Below are positions 1 through 10,048 of a stretch of 64,000 nt of DNA, piece after piece (the stretch's first letter is position 1; each line of letters begins with the position of its first letter). This DNA comes from a virus: IMG/VR virus record IMGVR_UViG_3300025096_003663, positions 17,248-81,247 of that record; one strand, written 5' to 3'. A program made the position numbers and the translations under genes. A model generated the notes under the pieces. That model did no database searches. It was not told the origin of the DNA and saw nothing but the letters and a program-made list of their open reading frames with translations.

Positions 1-53
1 AAGAGACAGTGAGGGAACATCTTGATGCTTTAAGGGCGGTTTTAGGGAAATGA
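1..53 (+). CDS. 3' end of an upstream gene (partial)
   Basis: Open frame ETVREHLDALRAVLGK ends in TGA at 51-53, overlapping the next ATG (ATGA coupling). Confidence 0.45.
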   Translation, partial: ETVREHLDALRAVLGK

Positions 54-748
54 ACAAAATAGCCATTTATCATCATCTTGGTATGGGCGATGCAATAGAA
101 TGTAACGGCATGGTCCGCCATTTTGCTGAAAAATACGAAATCGTTGATATATTTGCTAAAGAGTCTTACCATGAGGCTTGTAGCTTCATGTATAGAGACG
201 ACGATAGAATAATCGTAAATAAAATTGATGGCAACAATGAGAAGGAAGAGGTCTCCAGATTCCTTAAGGATTATAAGGGAGAGATTATCATCCCAGGTCA
301 TCAAAACTATTTTAAAAACATACCATACTTTAAATCTCTAAGGTATGGTCCTGGAGAATCCTTCTATCACATTGCTAATGTTCCATGGCAATATAGGAAT
401 GAAAAGTTCCATATCGATAGGGACGAGAGTGAAGAGCAGAGGGTATTAAAGAAGCTAAATCCTTATGGGCAAAAGTTCTTCTTCGTTCACGATGATCCAA
501 GCAGAGGGCATACTATAGATGTACAAAGCCCTTATATGATTTTAAAAAATGATCCATCTGAAAGTTTCTTTAGTATGCTTGGTGTTCTGGAGGCTGCAGA
601 AGAAGTACACTGTATGTCAAGTAGTTTTTTCTGTTTGTTGGACTGTATTGATAAAAAAATACAAGTCAAAAAAAAATTTCTACACAAATCAATAAGAAAC
701 GTAGATTTGGGTGATGATGGTATTGTTTCTGACTGGCTTGTTGTCTAA
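50..748 (+). CDS. Putative glycosyltransferase-like protein (GT-B/GT9-like)
   Basis: N-terminal HHLGMGD motif and C-terminal AEEVHCMSSSF resemble GT9-type motifs; sits in a sugar cluster. Confidence 0.5.
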   Translation: MNKIAIYHHLGMGDAIECNGMVRHFAEKYEIVDIFAKESYHEACSFMYRDDDRIIVNKIDGNNEKEEVSRFLKDYKGEIIIPGHQNYFKNIPYFKSLRYGPGESFYHIANVPWQYRNEKFHIDRDESEEQRVLKKLNPYGQKFFFVHDDPSRGHTIDVQSPYMILKNDPSESFFSMLGVLEAAEEVHCMSSSFFCLLDCIDKKIQVKKKFLHKSIRNVDLGDDGIVSDWLVV

Positions 749-759
749 TAGGGGCTCAA

Positions 760-1446
760 ATGTATGAAGCAAAGAAGTTAAATATCGCATTCTTATCGAG
801 CGACAACTATTTTGGATTAGCTGGACTAAGGACTTTAGAACATAAAAATCTGAACATTGTGTACAGGAATTTTGGAAAAAAAGAGTTAGAAATATCTCAT
901 TTAGATATTGATTATTTGATTTCATTCTGTTATCATAAAAAAGTCAGTAGCAAAAATCTGCTAGCTGCCAAGAAAGGGAATATAAATTTTCACCCGGCTC
1001 CATTACCTTCTTATAAGGGATTTTCTGTTTATAATTTTGGAATTTTGAACGATGAAGAAGAATGGGGAACGACAGCTCATATGATGGAAGAAGAATTTGA
1101 TTCGGGCCCTATTATAAAGACTAATTCTTTTCAAATTAGTAACGAAACTGCATATTCTCTAAGGGAGAAGAGTAGGCTTCACCTGCTAGAGTTACTAAAC
1201 GAAGTTACAAACGACATTGTTGAAGGGAGAAAGTTTAAGCTAGTTGATAATGCAGGAGGCTCATATTATTCGAAAAAGATGATGAATGAGATGAGAATGA
1301 TTAGTGCGAGTGATTCGGAAGAAACTATTGAAAAGAAGATAAGGGCTTTCTGGTGCCCGCCCCATGCCGGGGCAGTCGTTAGAATTAGAAACAGAGAATA
1401 TACTCTGATAAACTCAGATATTATAAAAACTTTAGGAGACAAATAA
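760..1446 (+). CDS. Formyltransferase, probably sugar N-formyltransferase
   Basis: INFHPAPLPSYKG, GTTAH and FDSGPII motifs of N10-formyl-THF transferases; next to a DegT aminotransferase and gmd. Confidence 0.85.
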   Translation: MYEAKKLNIAFLSSDNYFGLAGLRTLEHKNLNIVYRNFGKKELEISHLDIDYLISFCYHKKVSSKNLLAAKKGNINFHPAPLPSYKGFSVYNFGILNDEEEWGTTAHMMEEEFDSGPIIKTNSFQISNETAYSLREKSRLHLLELLNEVTNDIVEGRKFKLVDNAGGSYYSKKMMNEMRMISASDSEETIEKKIRAFWCPPHAGAVVRIRNREYTLINSDIIKTLGDK

Positions 1447-1447
1447 A

Positions 1448-1756
1448 ATGGCAGATACTTTAGGTGGATTAGTTGATAAACTTGTCACTATTGACATGAA
1501 GATGTGGAATAACCAAGAATTTCTATATGAGGTAAGGAGATTAACTTTCGATGAATTCGAAGCAAAGCACACAGATTCCAGACAGAAAAGAAAGGATCTT
1601 TTTGAGTCGATCAAAAAGTGTTGTGACTTGAATGTACAGAGAAATCAATTGATTGATGAAATAGACGAAAAAATTGTTGAGATGCTTAAGGCTCTCCTGA
1701 AAGGAAGCGAATTGGACGACGGCAAGTTTATTCAGAGAAAACATAAAACATACTGA
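1448..1756 (+). CDS. DUF4254-like helical protein
   Basis: TLGGLVDKL..I..KMW and N.QRNQLIDEID patterns; AGGAG SD upstream. Confidence 0.65.
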   Translation: MADTLGGLVDKLVTIDMKMWNNQEFLYEVRRLTFDEFEAKHTDSRQKRKDLFESIKKCCDLNVQRNQLIDEIDEKIVEMLKALLKGSELDDGKFIQRKHKTY

Positions 1757-1764
1757 GGCAAGTT

Positions 1765-2463
1765 ATGATACACGGTAATGAAAATTTATTATTTGGAGAA
1801 CTCTATAAGCAGCTACCTAATGGCGGTCGCTTTATCGAGATAGGGAGTAGAGACGGAAAAGATCATTGTTTTCGTCTGGCAACCAAGGATGGTTGGACAG
1901 GCTTTTGTGTGGAGGCAAACCCAGAAATTGCAAATTATTCTTTAAAAAAAACATATGAAAACCTACCAGAGGTAAGAACATTCAACTATGCTGTCATGGC
2001 AACAAAAGGTAGCGTTGATTTCTATATTGAGGCAACTGAGAATAGCGGAGTATCCAGTATCTTTAAAAACAGAGCATCTGGTCAAGATTCGGGGATTAGA
2101 AGAGCGATTTCCAAAACTGTTTCCGTTCCATCGATTTCGCTGTATGATTTTTGGTTATCAGTAAAAAAACCGCCTGTAGATCTACTAATGATTGATACAG
2201 AAGGATGTGATGCTGAAATTATTATGTCAACTGATTTTTCCGATTTTAAGCCAGAATTTATAATGGCGGAAACAACATTTATGTATTATTACTTGGAGCC
2301 GCATCTAAAATCAAACAATATAAAAGTTTGGGATATGATCAATGAACATCTTTCATCTTATGGATATGAACTGATATTACAGAATAACGATATAAATTAC
2401 AAAAGACAATTCTGCCCAGAATTGATTGATACACCAATGAACGCAGGATGGAGGAGAATGTAG
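1765..2463 (+). CDS. FkbM-family methyltransferase
   Basis: FIEIGSRDG, CVEAN and LLMIDTEGCD motifs. Confidence 0.85.
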   Translation: MIHGNENLLFGELYKQLPNGGRFIEIGSRDGKDHCFRLATKDGWTGFCVEANPEIANYSLKKTYENLPEVRTFNYAVMATKGSVDFYIEATENSGVSSIFKNRASGQDSGIRRAISKTVSVPSISLYDFWLSVKKPPVDLLMIDTEGCDAEIIMSTDFSDFKPEFIMAETTFMYYYLEPHLKSNNIKVWDMINEHLSSYGYELILQNNDINYKRQFCPELIDTPMNAGWRRM

Positions 2464-2465
2464 AA

Positions 2466-3701
2466 ATGAGAATACCTAGAGCATGTATAGTGAGAGAGTG
2501 TGGGTACGTTGTCTTGGACGACGAGAATAAGAAAGCATACAGAGTATTGAACAAGCCATCATACGATATAGTGACATCTGAGATGTTCAAAGAGCGAGAG
2601 GGATTGTTTTGGCCAAGAATAATGGAGAAGAATGTCTCTTCTGACGATGGCTTGATAAAGAGCGACGAAAAGTTTAAGACGGTAGAAGTTGAGTATCTAG
2701 AGCATGTTGTCTATTGGACTGAAATGTCCTTTTTCGACATCAAACAATCATTATTGTTTCTGTGTGATATTTCTAAGTATTTAGCGGAAAGCAATGTTCA
2801 TATGGTTTCTCACCTGTGGAATATCAGTCTAAGCAAGGGAAAGCCCTTTTTGATAGACTTGGGAGATTTCAGAAGAGGATCCAATTTGCTGGCGATTTAT
2901 GAAACTATAGTCTCTACATTGTCGGAAAAAACAAGCCATCACATACCAGAAGGGTATCAGCCATCTAAGTGGATGAATAACCATGACTACATTCTTTACG
3001 AGCTAGAGAAAATAAGGCATGGCATCGGCTTAGAGATAAAAGATGTAAATATTCTCATAGACAAAACAAGAGATGTCGTATCGAAAATTGACATAAAGCA
3101 GAAACATATTCGTTGGGACACATACCCTACACAGAGAGACATGCCCGACACATTGGAGGGATTGACTGCTTACGCTCCGAGAAATAGACCAAACCTGTGT
3201 AAAGTGCTGGAGAGTAAAAAGCCCGAAACACTGCTAGATTTGGGATGTTCTTACGGGCTGTATAGCTTTTACGCTTCATCCTTTGGTACTAAGACAGTTG
3301 GTTTAGATTATAGTCATGAGATGATTTCATCAGCGAATAAAAAAGCTGACTTCCTTGATACAGATTGTAGTTTCGGCTTCATTGATTTACTTAATGTGAA
3401 AGAGTGGGGCTTAAACGGGGTATATGAATCTTTCGGAAAAAGACTCAAATCAGAAGCAGTCATAGCCCCAGCCCTACTACACCATGTTCATGGACGAGGC
3501 ACCTCGGTGGAGGATATCATTCGAGAGTGGATGTCTTGTGCCGAAAAGTGGATTATGGTGGAGCATATACCAAACGATACAACTGGTCAGATAATCTCAG
3601 CCGACAAGATTGTAGAGACATTCAAAGAAGGCGGGTTTAAGAATATATCTGTTCTAGACTCCAAGCCTCTTCCAAGGAAATGGATTTTGGCAGAAAGATG
3701 A
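2466..3701 (+). CDS. Class I SAM methyltransferase with N-terminal kinase-like region (NoeA-like architecture)
   Basis: LLDLGCSYG and VGLDYS motifs; HLWNI..FLIDLGD in the N-terminal half; SD favours ATG 2466 over 2448. Confidence 0.7.
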   Translation: MRIPRACIVRECGYVVLDDENKKAYRVLNKPSYDIVTSEMFKEREGLFWPRIMEKNVSSDDGLIKSDEKFKTVEVEYLEHVVYWTEMSFFDIKQSLLFLCDISKYLAESNVHMVSHLWNISLSKGKPFLIDLGDFRRGSNLLAIYETIVSTLSEKTSHHIPEGYQPSKWMNNHDYILYELEKIRHGIGLEIKDVNILIDKTRDVVSKIDIKQKHIRWDTYPTQRDMPDTLEGLTAYAPRNRPNLCKVLESKKPETLLDLGCSYGLYSFYASSFGTKTVGLDYSHEMISSANKKADFLDTDCSFGFIDLLNVKEWGLNGVYESFGKRLKSEAVIAPALLHHVHGRGTSVEDIIREWMSCAEKWIMVEHIPNDTTGQIISADKIVETFKEGGFKNISVLDSKPLPRKWILAER

Positions 3702-4810
3702 TACCAATCTACAAGCCGTACCTTCCAAGCAATTCTTTAAGATATGCCCATGAAGCGATTGATTCAACTTGGATCTCTTCTTCTGGGAAATTTTTAGAAA
3801 AAGCAACAGAACTACTATCAGAATATCTTGGCACCAGCTATGTTCAGCTAGTAAATAACGGGACGAGTGCAACACATCTTGTCTCAAAGGCACTAGTGTA
3901 TAAACATCCAAATGTTAATAAGATCATTTTACCAAACAATGTTTATGTTGCTGCTTGGAATTCTTTTCTTTATGATAAGGAGTTCGATATTGCCCTGAGC
4001 GAGCCGAACTTATCAACATGGAATATTGATCTGGAAAGTTGCCCCCCTCTAGATGCTGATGTGGCAGTCTGCTTTGTCCACAATCTTGGGAATATAGTGA
4101 ATGTTCCCAAGTTTATGAGAGAAAATCCAGGAGTTGTCTGTGTCGAAGACAACTGTGAAGGTCTTTCTGGCGAGTACGAAGGTAACAAATCTGGCACAAA
4201 ATCTCTTGCCTCTTCCCTATCTTTTTTTGGGAACAAGACAATCACATCTGGCGAGGGCGGAGCCGTTGTGGTTGCTGACGAAGATACTTACGAATATTTG
4301 AAATGTATACAAGGTCAGGGTCAAAGCAAAGAAAGGTATGTACACAGCCATCTTGGTTACAATTATAGGATGACCAATGTTCAAGCTGCAATACTAGCAG
4401 GTCAGCTAGAAATAATATCAGAGATATTGGAAATGAAATCGGGACTTTTCAATTTTTACAGAGAAGGTCTGTCTTCTGTCGATGGAGTTTCCCTTCAAAG
4501 GCAAGAGGAGGGCACGGCTCACTCTAATTGGATGTTTTCTGTCAGAATTCACGGCTCAAGCGGGTACGAAGATTCTTCCAGATTTTTATGCGAAAGAGGC
4601 ATAGAGACTAGACCAATGTTTTACCCGTCTTCGAAGCACGACCACATTAAGGCTTCTAGTCTTGTGGCGAAGGGCACTGAGACTAATGCTGAGATTCTAA
4701 ATAGGGAATGTATCATACTTCCTTCTTTTCCAGAGTTAAGTAAGAAAGAGCTGGATCACATCGTTGAGTCAATTAAATCTTTGGCAATAAAAGTACAAAG
4801 CCAGAGGTAG
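3698..4810 (+). CDS. DegT/DnrJ/EryC1/StrS PLP aminotransferase, perosamine synthase-like
   Basis: NNGTSATH, VEDNCE, SFFGNKTITSGEGG and GYNYRMTNVQAA motifs; ATGA overlap with the previous stop. Confidence 0.9.
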   Translation: MIPIYKPYLPSNSLRYAHEAIDSTWISSSGKFLEKATELLSEYLGTSYVQLVNNGTSATHLVSKALVYKHPNVNKIILPNNVYVAAWNSFLYDKEFDIALSEPNLSTWNIDLESCPPLDADVAVCFVHNLGNIVNVPKFMRENPGVVCVEDNCEGLSGEYEGNKSGTKSLASSLSFFGNKTITSGEGGAVVVADEDTYEYLKCIQGQGQSKERYVHSHLGYNYRMTNVQAAILAGQLEIISEILEMKSGLFNFYREGLSSVDGVSLQRQEEGTAHSNWMFSVRIHGSSGYEDSSRFLCERGIETRPMFYPSSKHDHIKASSLVAKGTETNAEILNRECIILPSFPELSKKELDHIVESIKSLAIKVQSQR

Positions 4811-4813
4811 TTC

Positions 4814-5749
4814 ATGAAGTATAAGAAAATTTTAATTACTGGCGGAACTGGGATGGTGGGCACTGCTCTTAGGAAGACTCTTCCCAACATGGTCTTCCAC
4901 TCTTCCAAAGATTTTGATCTTAGAGATCCCTCAGAAGCCAAAAGGATGATGGATAAGCATAGTCCAAATGCCGTGATCCATTTGGCTGCCAAAGTTGGAG
5001 GAGTAAAGGGCAACACTGATTATGTTGCCGACTACTACTCGGACAATATCCTCATAAATACAAACGTGTTAAATGCTTCTCACTTATTCGGAGTAAAGAA
5101 GGCTGTCTCTCTATTATCAACATGTATATATCCAGATAAAGTCAGATATCCGATTACAGAAGAGCAACTTCACGAAGGGGAGCCTCATTTTTCTAATTTT
5201 GGCTATGCTTATTCCAAGAGAATGATCGAGATACAGAGTAGAGCTTACAGACAGCAATATGGTTCCAACTTTATATGTGCTGTGCCGAATAATTTGTACG
5301 GAGGGCACGACAATTTTGATCTTAATAACAGCCATGTTGTACCTGCCTTGGTTCGTAAGATTTGGGAAGCAAAACTGTCAAACAACTCGTCTGTTGAAGT
5401 GTGGGGCAACGGAACTCCAGTTAGAGAGTTCACATATTCGAAAGACATAGCAGAGATACTTCTTTTCTTGCTCGACAATTACGACGATAAAGAGCCGATA
5501 AACATTGGGAATACAGAAGAGCACTCAATAGCAGATGTGGCGAAGCTTATTTGTAAGCAGTTGGATTACAGTGGAGAAATAGTCTGGAATACAGATATGC
5601 CATCTGGACAACATAGGAAGCCAAGCGACAACACGAAACTGATTGACTTGGGCTGGGATAAGAATAGATACACTCCCCTAAAAGAGGGCTTAAAAAACAC
5701 CTGTGATTGGTTTATAATGAACTATCCAAATGTAAGGGGTGTTAAGTGA
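4814..5749 (+). CDS. fcl: GDP-L-fucose synthase (epimerase/reductase)
   Basis: GGTGMVG, HLAAKVGG, STCIYP, YAYSK, PNNLYG and SHVVPALVRK motifs. Confidence 0.9.
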   Translation: MKYKKILITGGTGMVGTALRKTLPNMVFHSSKDFDLRDPSEAKRMMDKHSPNAVIHLAAKVGGVKGNTDYVADYYSDNILINTNVLNASHLFGVKKAVSLLSTCIYPDKVRYPITEEQLHEGEPHFSNFGYAYSKRMIEIQSRAYRQQYGSNFICAVPNNLYGGHDNFDLNNSHVVPALVRKIWEAKLSNNSSVEVWGNGTPVREFTYSKDIAEILLFLLDNYDDKEPINIGNTEEHSIADVAKLICKQLDYSGEIVWNTDMPSGQHRKPSDNTKLIDLGWDKNRYTPLKEGLKNTCDWFIMNYPNVRGVK

Positions 5750-6765
5750 AAACGGCGATTATAACGGGAGTTACTGGACAGGACGGCTCCTACTTAGCAG
5801 AACTGCTCTTATCTAAGGGTTACAGAGTGATCGGCTTAAAAAGAAGAACCTCCTTGATAAATACGGCAAGGATAGACCATATCTTTTCCCACGAAAACCT
5901 AATCCTGGAATATTACGATCTTGAGGATTCGGGCTGTATCTACAAACTAATAAATAAATACGAGCCCGACGAGATTTACAACCTTGCTGCACAGTCTCAT
6001 GTAAGAGTGTCTTTTGATATGCCTGAGCACACAGTTAGCGGAGTGGCTATTGGACCTCTTAAGATTCTTGAGGCGATAAGAAATATGAATCTCTGTGATA
6101 AGATAAAGTTTTATCAAGCTTCGTCATCAGAGATGTACGGTGATAATCCAGACTACCCTTTTAACGAAACCTCAAGGCTTATGCCGGCTTCTCCTTATGC
6201 CTGTGCTAAAGTGTTCGCCCACAACATTGTCAGGAATTACAGAGAGTCCTATGGCATCCATGCCTCTAGTGGAATTCTGTTTAATCACGAATCACCTCGG
6301 CGAGGAGAAACCTTTGTTACTCGAAAGATAACCTTGGCAGCAGCCCGGATAAAGCTTGGACTACAAGATCAGCTATGTCTAGGAAACCTGGATGCTAAAC
6401 GAGACTGGGGTCATGCTAAAGATTATGTCCTGGCAATGTGGAAAATGTTACAAAAAGAATCTCCGTCTGATTATGTCATCTCTACTGGGGAGACTCATTC
6501 AGTCAAAGAGTTCTTGGAGGAAGTTTTCGATTGTGCTGGGCTTGACCCATATAAATATCTAAAAATAGATGCTAGACTGTTTAGACCACACGAAGTGCCT
6601 TATCTGCTAGGTGATAGTACAAAGGCTCGAAAGGAACTTTCTTGGACACCAGAGCATAGCTTTAAGACACTAGCAAAAGATATGTATGAAGCCGATTACG
6701 AACAGGTGATCAGCTCTGAGGGACGATACGGGCATATCGAAAAAGCGCTGAGAGAGACAATTTGA
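5746..6765 (+). CDS. gmd: GDP-mannose 4,6-dehydratase
   Basis: ITGVTGQDGSYLAE, NLAAQSHV, FYQASSSEMYG, GILFNHESPRRGETFVTRKIT and RDWGHAKDY motifs. Confidence 0.97.
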   Translation: MKTAIITGVTGQDGSYLAELLLSKGYRVIGLKRRTSLINTARIDHIFSHENLILEYYDLEDSGCIYKLINKYEPDEIYNLAAQSHVRVSFDMPEHTVSGVAIGPLKILEAIRNMNLCDKIKFYQASSSEMYGDNPDYPFNETSRLMPASPYACAKVFAHNIVRNYRESYGIHASSGILFNHESPRRGETFVTRKITLAAARIKLGLQDQLCLGNLDAKRDWGHAKDYVLAMWKMLQKESPSDYVISTGETHSVKEFLEEVFDCAGLDPYKYLKIDARLFRPHEVPYLLGDSTKARKELSWTPEHSFKTLAKDMYEADYEQVISSEGRYGHIEKALRETI

Positions 6766-6767
6766 CG

Positions 6768-7124
6768 ATGACAGAAAAGAACGAAATAGACCATCGCCCA
6801 TGGGGAATGTATGAAGTTTTGTATTCCGGCGATATCTGCAAAGTAAAGAGGATAGTCGTCAACCCAAGGCAGCGACTAAGCTTACAGTCACACTCTCAGA
6901 GAAGAGAGACCTGGATTATAGTACAAGGAGCAGCCCTCTATCAAAAGGGCGAGTTTGGACTGGGCTCCGCGACGGCAGGAGATCATATCATAATAGAGAA
7001 AAATGAAAAGCACAGGATAGAAAACTGTGGTAAAGAAGAACTGATTTTTATAGAAGTTCAGACCGGTGAATATTTTGGCGAAGACGATATTGTTCGCTAT
7101 GAAGATTCTTATGGTAGGACTTAA
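6768..7124 (+). CDS. Cupin mannose-6-phosphate isomerase (type II C-terminal domain, standalone)
   Basis: RPWG, RLSLQSHSQRRETW, HRIEN and IEVQTGEYFGEDDIVRYEDSYGR motifs. Confidence 0.9.
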   Translation: MTEKNEIDHRPWGMYEVLYSGDICKVKRIVVNPRQRLSLQSHSQRRETWIIVQGAALYQKGEFGLGSATAGDHIIIEKNEKHRIENCGKEELIFIEVQTGEYFGEDDIVRYEDSYGRT

Positions 7125-7137
7125 GGAGGAAACTAAG

Positions 7138-7311
7138 ATGAAACTTTCAGATCAAGCAGTTGGTGCCCTGATGATGGCACTCCAAAAATGTCTAATGGAA
7201 CAAACAGATATTGTCCCACTGTTGGGCGAGATGGATTTTACACCAGACGATGTAGGGAACTTAATTGTAGAGAACCCACCTAAGTTTGAGGTGCCCACAA
7301 AAAATGCCTAG
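7138..7311 (+). CDS. Small hypothetical protein (57 aa)
   Basis: AGGAGG SD before ATG 7138; fills the gap between genes. Confidence 0.7.
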   Translation: MKLSDQAVGALMMALQKCLMEQTDIVPLLGEMDFTPDDVGNLIVENPPKFEVPTKNA

Positions 7312-7543
7312 ATATACCTATCAGTGTGAGGTATGTGATGAATACTTCGAAATCACCCACGGGATGAAAGAACATCCAGAACCTTGTGAATGTGGGGAGA
7401 TTTTGACGAAGATTCCATCCATGCCACTCGATATGAAGCTAAAAGAAGGCAAGAAGAAGGTCGGAGACACAGTGAATACTTATATAGAAGATTCCAGAGA
7501 TGACCTCGTTCAGCAAAAGAAAGAGATGGAAAGTAAGAGATGA
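7304..7543 (+). CDS. FmdB-family zinc-ribbon protein
   Basis: MPRYTYQCEVC...CECG pattern; GAGGTG SD. Confidence 0.8.
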   Translation: MPRYTYQCEVCDEYFEITHGMKEHPEPCECGEILTKIPSMPLDMKLKEGKKKVGDTVNTYIEDSRDDLVQQKKEMESKR

Positions 7544-7857
7544 ATTATTTAGTAATAGCATTGGCATTGGTTATTATCTTTATGGCTTGGTTTTGTTATA
7601 GATTACTCCGGAATCTATACAACCTGTCGGAAGGTATTCACGATGTTGTCATTGAGATAGAAGGCTTCACAAAGCACCTCGAATCAATTTACGAAATGGA
7701 AATGTTTTATGGGGATGAGACACTAGATTCACTCCTCCGACACTCTAGAGCACTGAAAGAAAACTTGGGCGAATTCACAAGAACAAATGCAGCAGAGCTG
7801 GAGGATAGGGAGGAAATAGATGAAGAAGAAGAGACTGACTCGGAAGAGACGGAATAA
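7540..7857 (+). CDS. Hypothetical membrane-anchored protein
   Basis: N-terminal hydrophobic helix, acidic tail, ATGA coupling. Confidence 0.7.
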   Translation: MNYLVIALALVIIFMAWFCYRLLRNLYNLSEGIHDVVIEIEGFTKHLESIYEMEMFYGDETLDSLLRHSRALKENLGEFTRTNAAELEDREEIDEEEETDSEETE

Positions 7858-8521
7858 GAAAGAGAAGAGAGATTATTTCACCGAAGTCCATCAAGAAGCG
7901 ATTGTAAGATATGCTCAAACAACCGATCTTAAAGAACGAGATCAATTATATGAAAAACTGATAGGTCCAGCATTCAACGAAATGGTCGATAAGATCGTCT
8001 ATACCTATAAGTTTACAAACTTAGCAAATATTGATGATCTAAAAGCCGAATGTAAAATTTGGCTTACAACGATTTTGAACAAGTTTGACCCAGAGAAGGG
8101 CTCGAAAGCTTTTAGCTATTTCAGTGTTATAACTAAGAATTGGTTTATACATAAAGTAAAGCATAATAGCATTCGGCTCAAAAGAGAGGTATACTTCGAA
8201 GAAGTTGCTGATCTGGACGAGATGAAAAATCTAGTAACTCACAACGACTACTACGACCGACGAGAAAAGAAGGAGTTTTGGGATTCTTTAGGCAAGGAAC
8301 TTGATGTGTGGGAAGGCGAAGCGGTGAAAGCAAATGAAAAAAGAGTCGTCGAGGCAATAAGAATTATACTTTCGGAGCCAGAAGACATAGAAATTTTCAA
8401 TAAAAAAGCTATTTATTTATATCTCAGAGAGATAACAGGTCTAAACACAAAGCAGATTGTAAATAGTTTGAACAAAGTGAGAACGAAATACAAGCTGTTT
8501 AAGGAAGACTGGGACGTATAA
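7820..8521 (+). CDS. T4 gp55-like late-transcription sigma factor
   Basis: KFDPEKGSKAFSYFSVITKNWFI matches the gp55 region-2 motif (FDP.K...AF.YF). Confidence 0.75.
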   Translation: MKKKRLTRKRRNKKEKRDYFTEVHQEAIVRYAQTTDLKERDQLYEKLIGPAFNEMVDKIVYTYKFTNLANIDDLKAECKIWLTTILNKFDPEKGSKAFSYFSVITKNWFIHKVKHNSIRLKREVYFEEVADLDEMKNLVTHNDYYDRREKKEFWDSLGKELDVWEGEAVKANEKRVVEAIRIILSEPEDIEIFNKKAIYLYLREITGLNTKQIVNSLNKVRTKYKLFKEDWDV

Positions 8522-8522
8522 A

Positions 8523-8822
8523 ATGAAGAGTAAATTTGTTAGCCATCTCGAACAAGCTATCGATAATATAAGAAATGATCGATCTATAGCATCAGAGCTT
8601 CTGGGCGATGTTTCAGAATATATTGGTCAAAACAAAGAGAGACACAAAGATGTCGGTCAAGTTGCCGCTAAATATCTGGAAACTCTTCAGAGATCCAACG
8701 AGCAGCTAGTCAAACTAACAGCCATGTTACAGAGGGCAGACGACGATGAATACGGAGACTTGACGGAAGACGATAGAGATAAGCTGTTCGAATCGTTCGA
8801 GGAGGACGGATCGAATGGCTGA
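8523..8822 (+). CDS. Hypothetical helical phage protein
   Basis: ORF in the tightly packed operon. Confidence 0.7.
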   Translation: MKSKFVSHLEQAIDNIRNDRSIASELLGDVSEYIGQNKERHKDVGQVAAKYLETLQRSNEQLVKLTAMLQRADDDEYGDLTEDDRDKLFESFEEDGSNG

Positions 8823-9408
8823 TAAAAAGAAATCAACAGTGAACACTGAAATAGAATGGGGAGTATTAAACCCCAGGCAAGATAGTGTTATTAAAGACAA
8901 CTTTGAGAAGAATGATGTTCAGTGGTTATCATATATAACGAATAAGTTTGTTGACTCAATCAACTCTGATGACGATTATATCAAGAAAGGTATTATAGAG
9001 AGGATTGAGCCCGACCCCGACCGACTCTTGCCGTCTGGAGTTTATCGATGTAAGGTCAGATGGGTAGAAGGTGACGGAATCAGCACTGTTGAGTCTATGT
9101 CGTCGGAACTAGAAACTACCTCCCATTCTCTAAATAATTTACGAAGAACATACGAAGGAGAGCTTTCAAAGAAGCCCCAGATTGGGCAAGAATGTACAAT
9201 CAAAGTACCGAAAACGAACTTGAGGCACATAGACGGTGAAATCTTAGAGCTACATAACAGATTTTGGTATACAACGGCAGGAGCCAGCAGGAAGCGAACC
9301 AAGCCAACATCTGCTAAGAATGCGAATCAGAATGGCGGGGCAACAGGAAATAACGGCATTTCGACGAGTACAAGCGAAGATACTCAGACTGCTGAAGGGA
9401 GCTCTTAA
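8815..9408 (+). CDS. Putative baseplate spike N-terminal OB-fold-like protein
   Basis: RCKVRW and PQIGQECTI resemble the gp5/gpV/VgrG OB-fold (P.VGQEV.V); position in the module. Confidence 0.45.
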   Translation: MADKKKSTVNTEIEWGVLNPRQDSVIKDNFEKNDVQWLSYITNKFVDSINSDDDYIKKGIIERIEPDPDRLLPSGVYRCKVRWVEGDGISTVESMSSELETTSHSLNNLRRTYEGELSKKPQIGQECTIKVPKTNLRHIDGEILELHNRFWYTTAGASRKRTKPTSAKNANQNGGATGNNGISTSTSEDTQTAEGSS

Positions 9409-9426
9409 TAAGAGAGAGGTGCCCAA

Positions 9427-10035
9427 TTGGCGAATAATAATTTAAAGAGATACAATAATTTATCCTACTTATATTCCCCATTCAGGGAAGAGGTGATCCA
9501 ACTGATCCTATCAATACGCCAAAATCAGCTTCCGTTCGTTGTGTATGAGACATACAGGACACCACAAAGGCAGAAGTATCTAAACCACAGTGGCTATAGC
9601 ACAAACGAGGATCCCTTTCTCAATGCCCATGTTAACGGGTTAGCAATAGATTTTATGTTAAACGAGAAAGCTGTAATATCTCCATCAAGTGACTCAATGA
9701 CGATAGAACAGATAGTAGAGAAAGCATTGGACGAAAGAAATTCACCAAAAAACTTGGTGATATATGATATAGGAACAAACCTTCTGCCGGCGGACGGCAA
9801 GGAAGCTAGGACGATTGTAGAGAACCAGAATGTTTTAGATTTCTGGCAGAACTTAGGAAAGCTGATAAAGAACCAGTTCCCAAACTTGTCTTGGAACGGA
9901 GATAAGAACAAAAAAGAGAACCAACTTATTGGTATTGACCCACCACATGTAGAATTTAAAAAAACATCCAGTTTGATACGATCTGGTATCGCTCGACAAG
10001 AAATCAAGAGAGCGGGAGCCCCAGGGCTAAAATAG
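9427..10035 (+). CDS. M15-family Zn peptidoglycan peptidase (L-Ala-D-Glu peptidase-like)
   Basis: YRTPQRQ, H.NGLAID and DPPHVE motifs; TTG start with GAGGT SD. Confidence 0.8.
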   Translation: MANNNLKRYNNLSYLYSPFREEVIQLILSIRQNQLPFVVYETYRTPQRQKYLNHSGYSTNEDPFLNAHVNGLAIDFMLNEKAVISPSSDSMTIEQIVEKALDERNSPKNLVIYDIGTNLLPADGKEARTIVENQNVLDFWQNLGKLIKNQFPNLSWNGDKNKKENQLIGIDPPHVEFKKTSSLIRSGIARQEIKRAGAPGLK

Positions 10036-10048
10036 GAGAGGACGAAAG

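Noticed and set aside
50-7124. Bacterial chromosomal O-antigen locus or prophage junction
   Set aside because: No wzx/wzy/wzm, integrase or att site; the genes run without a break into phage genes
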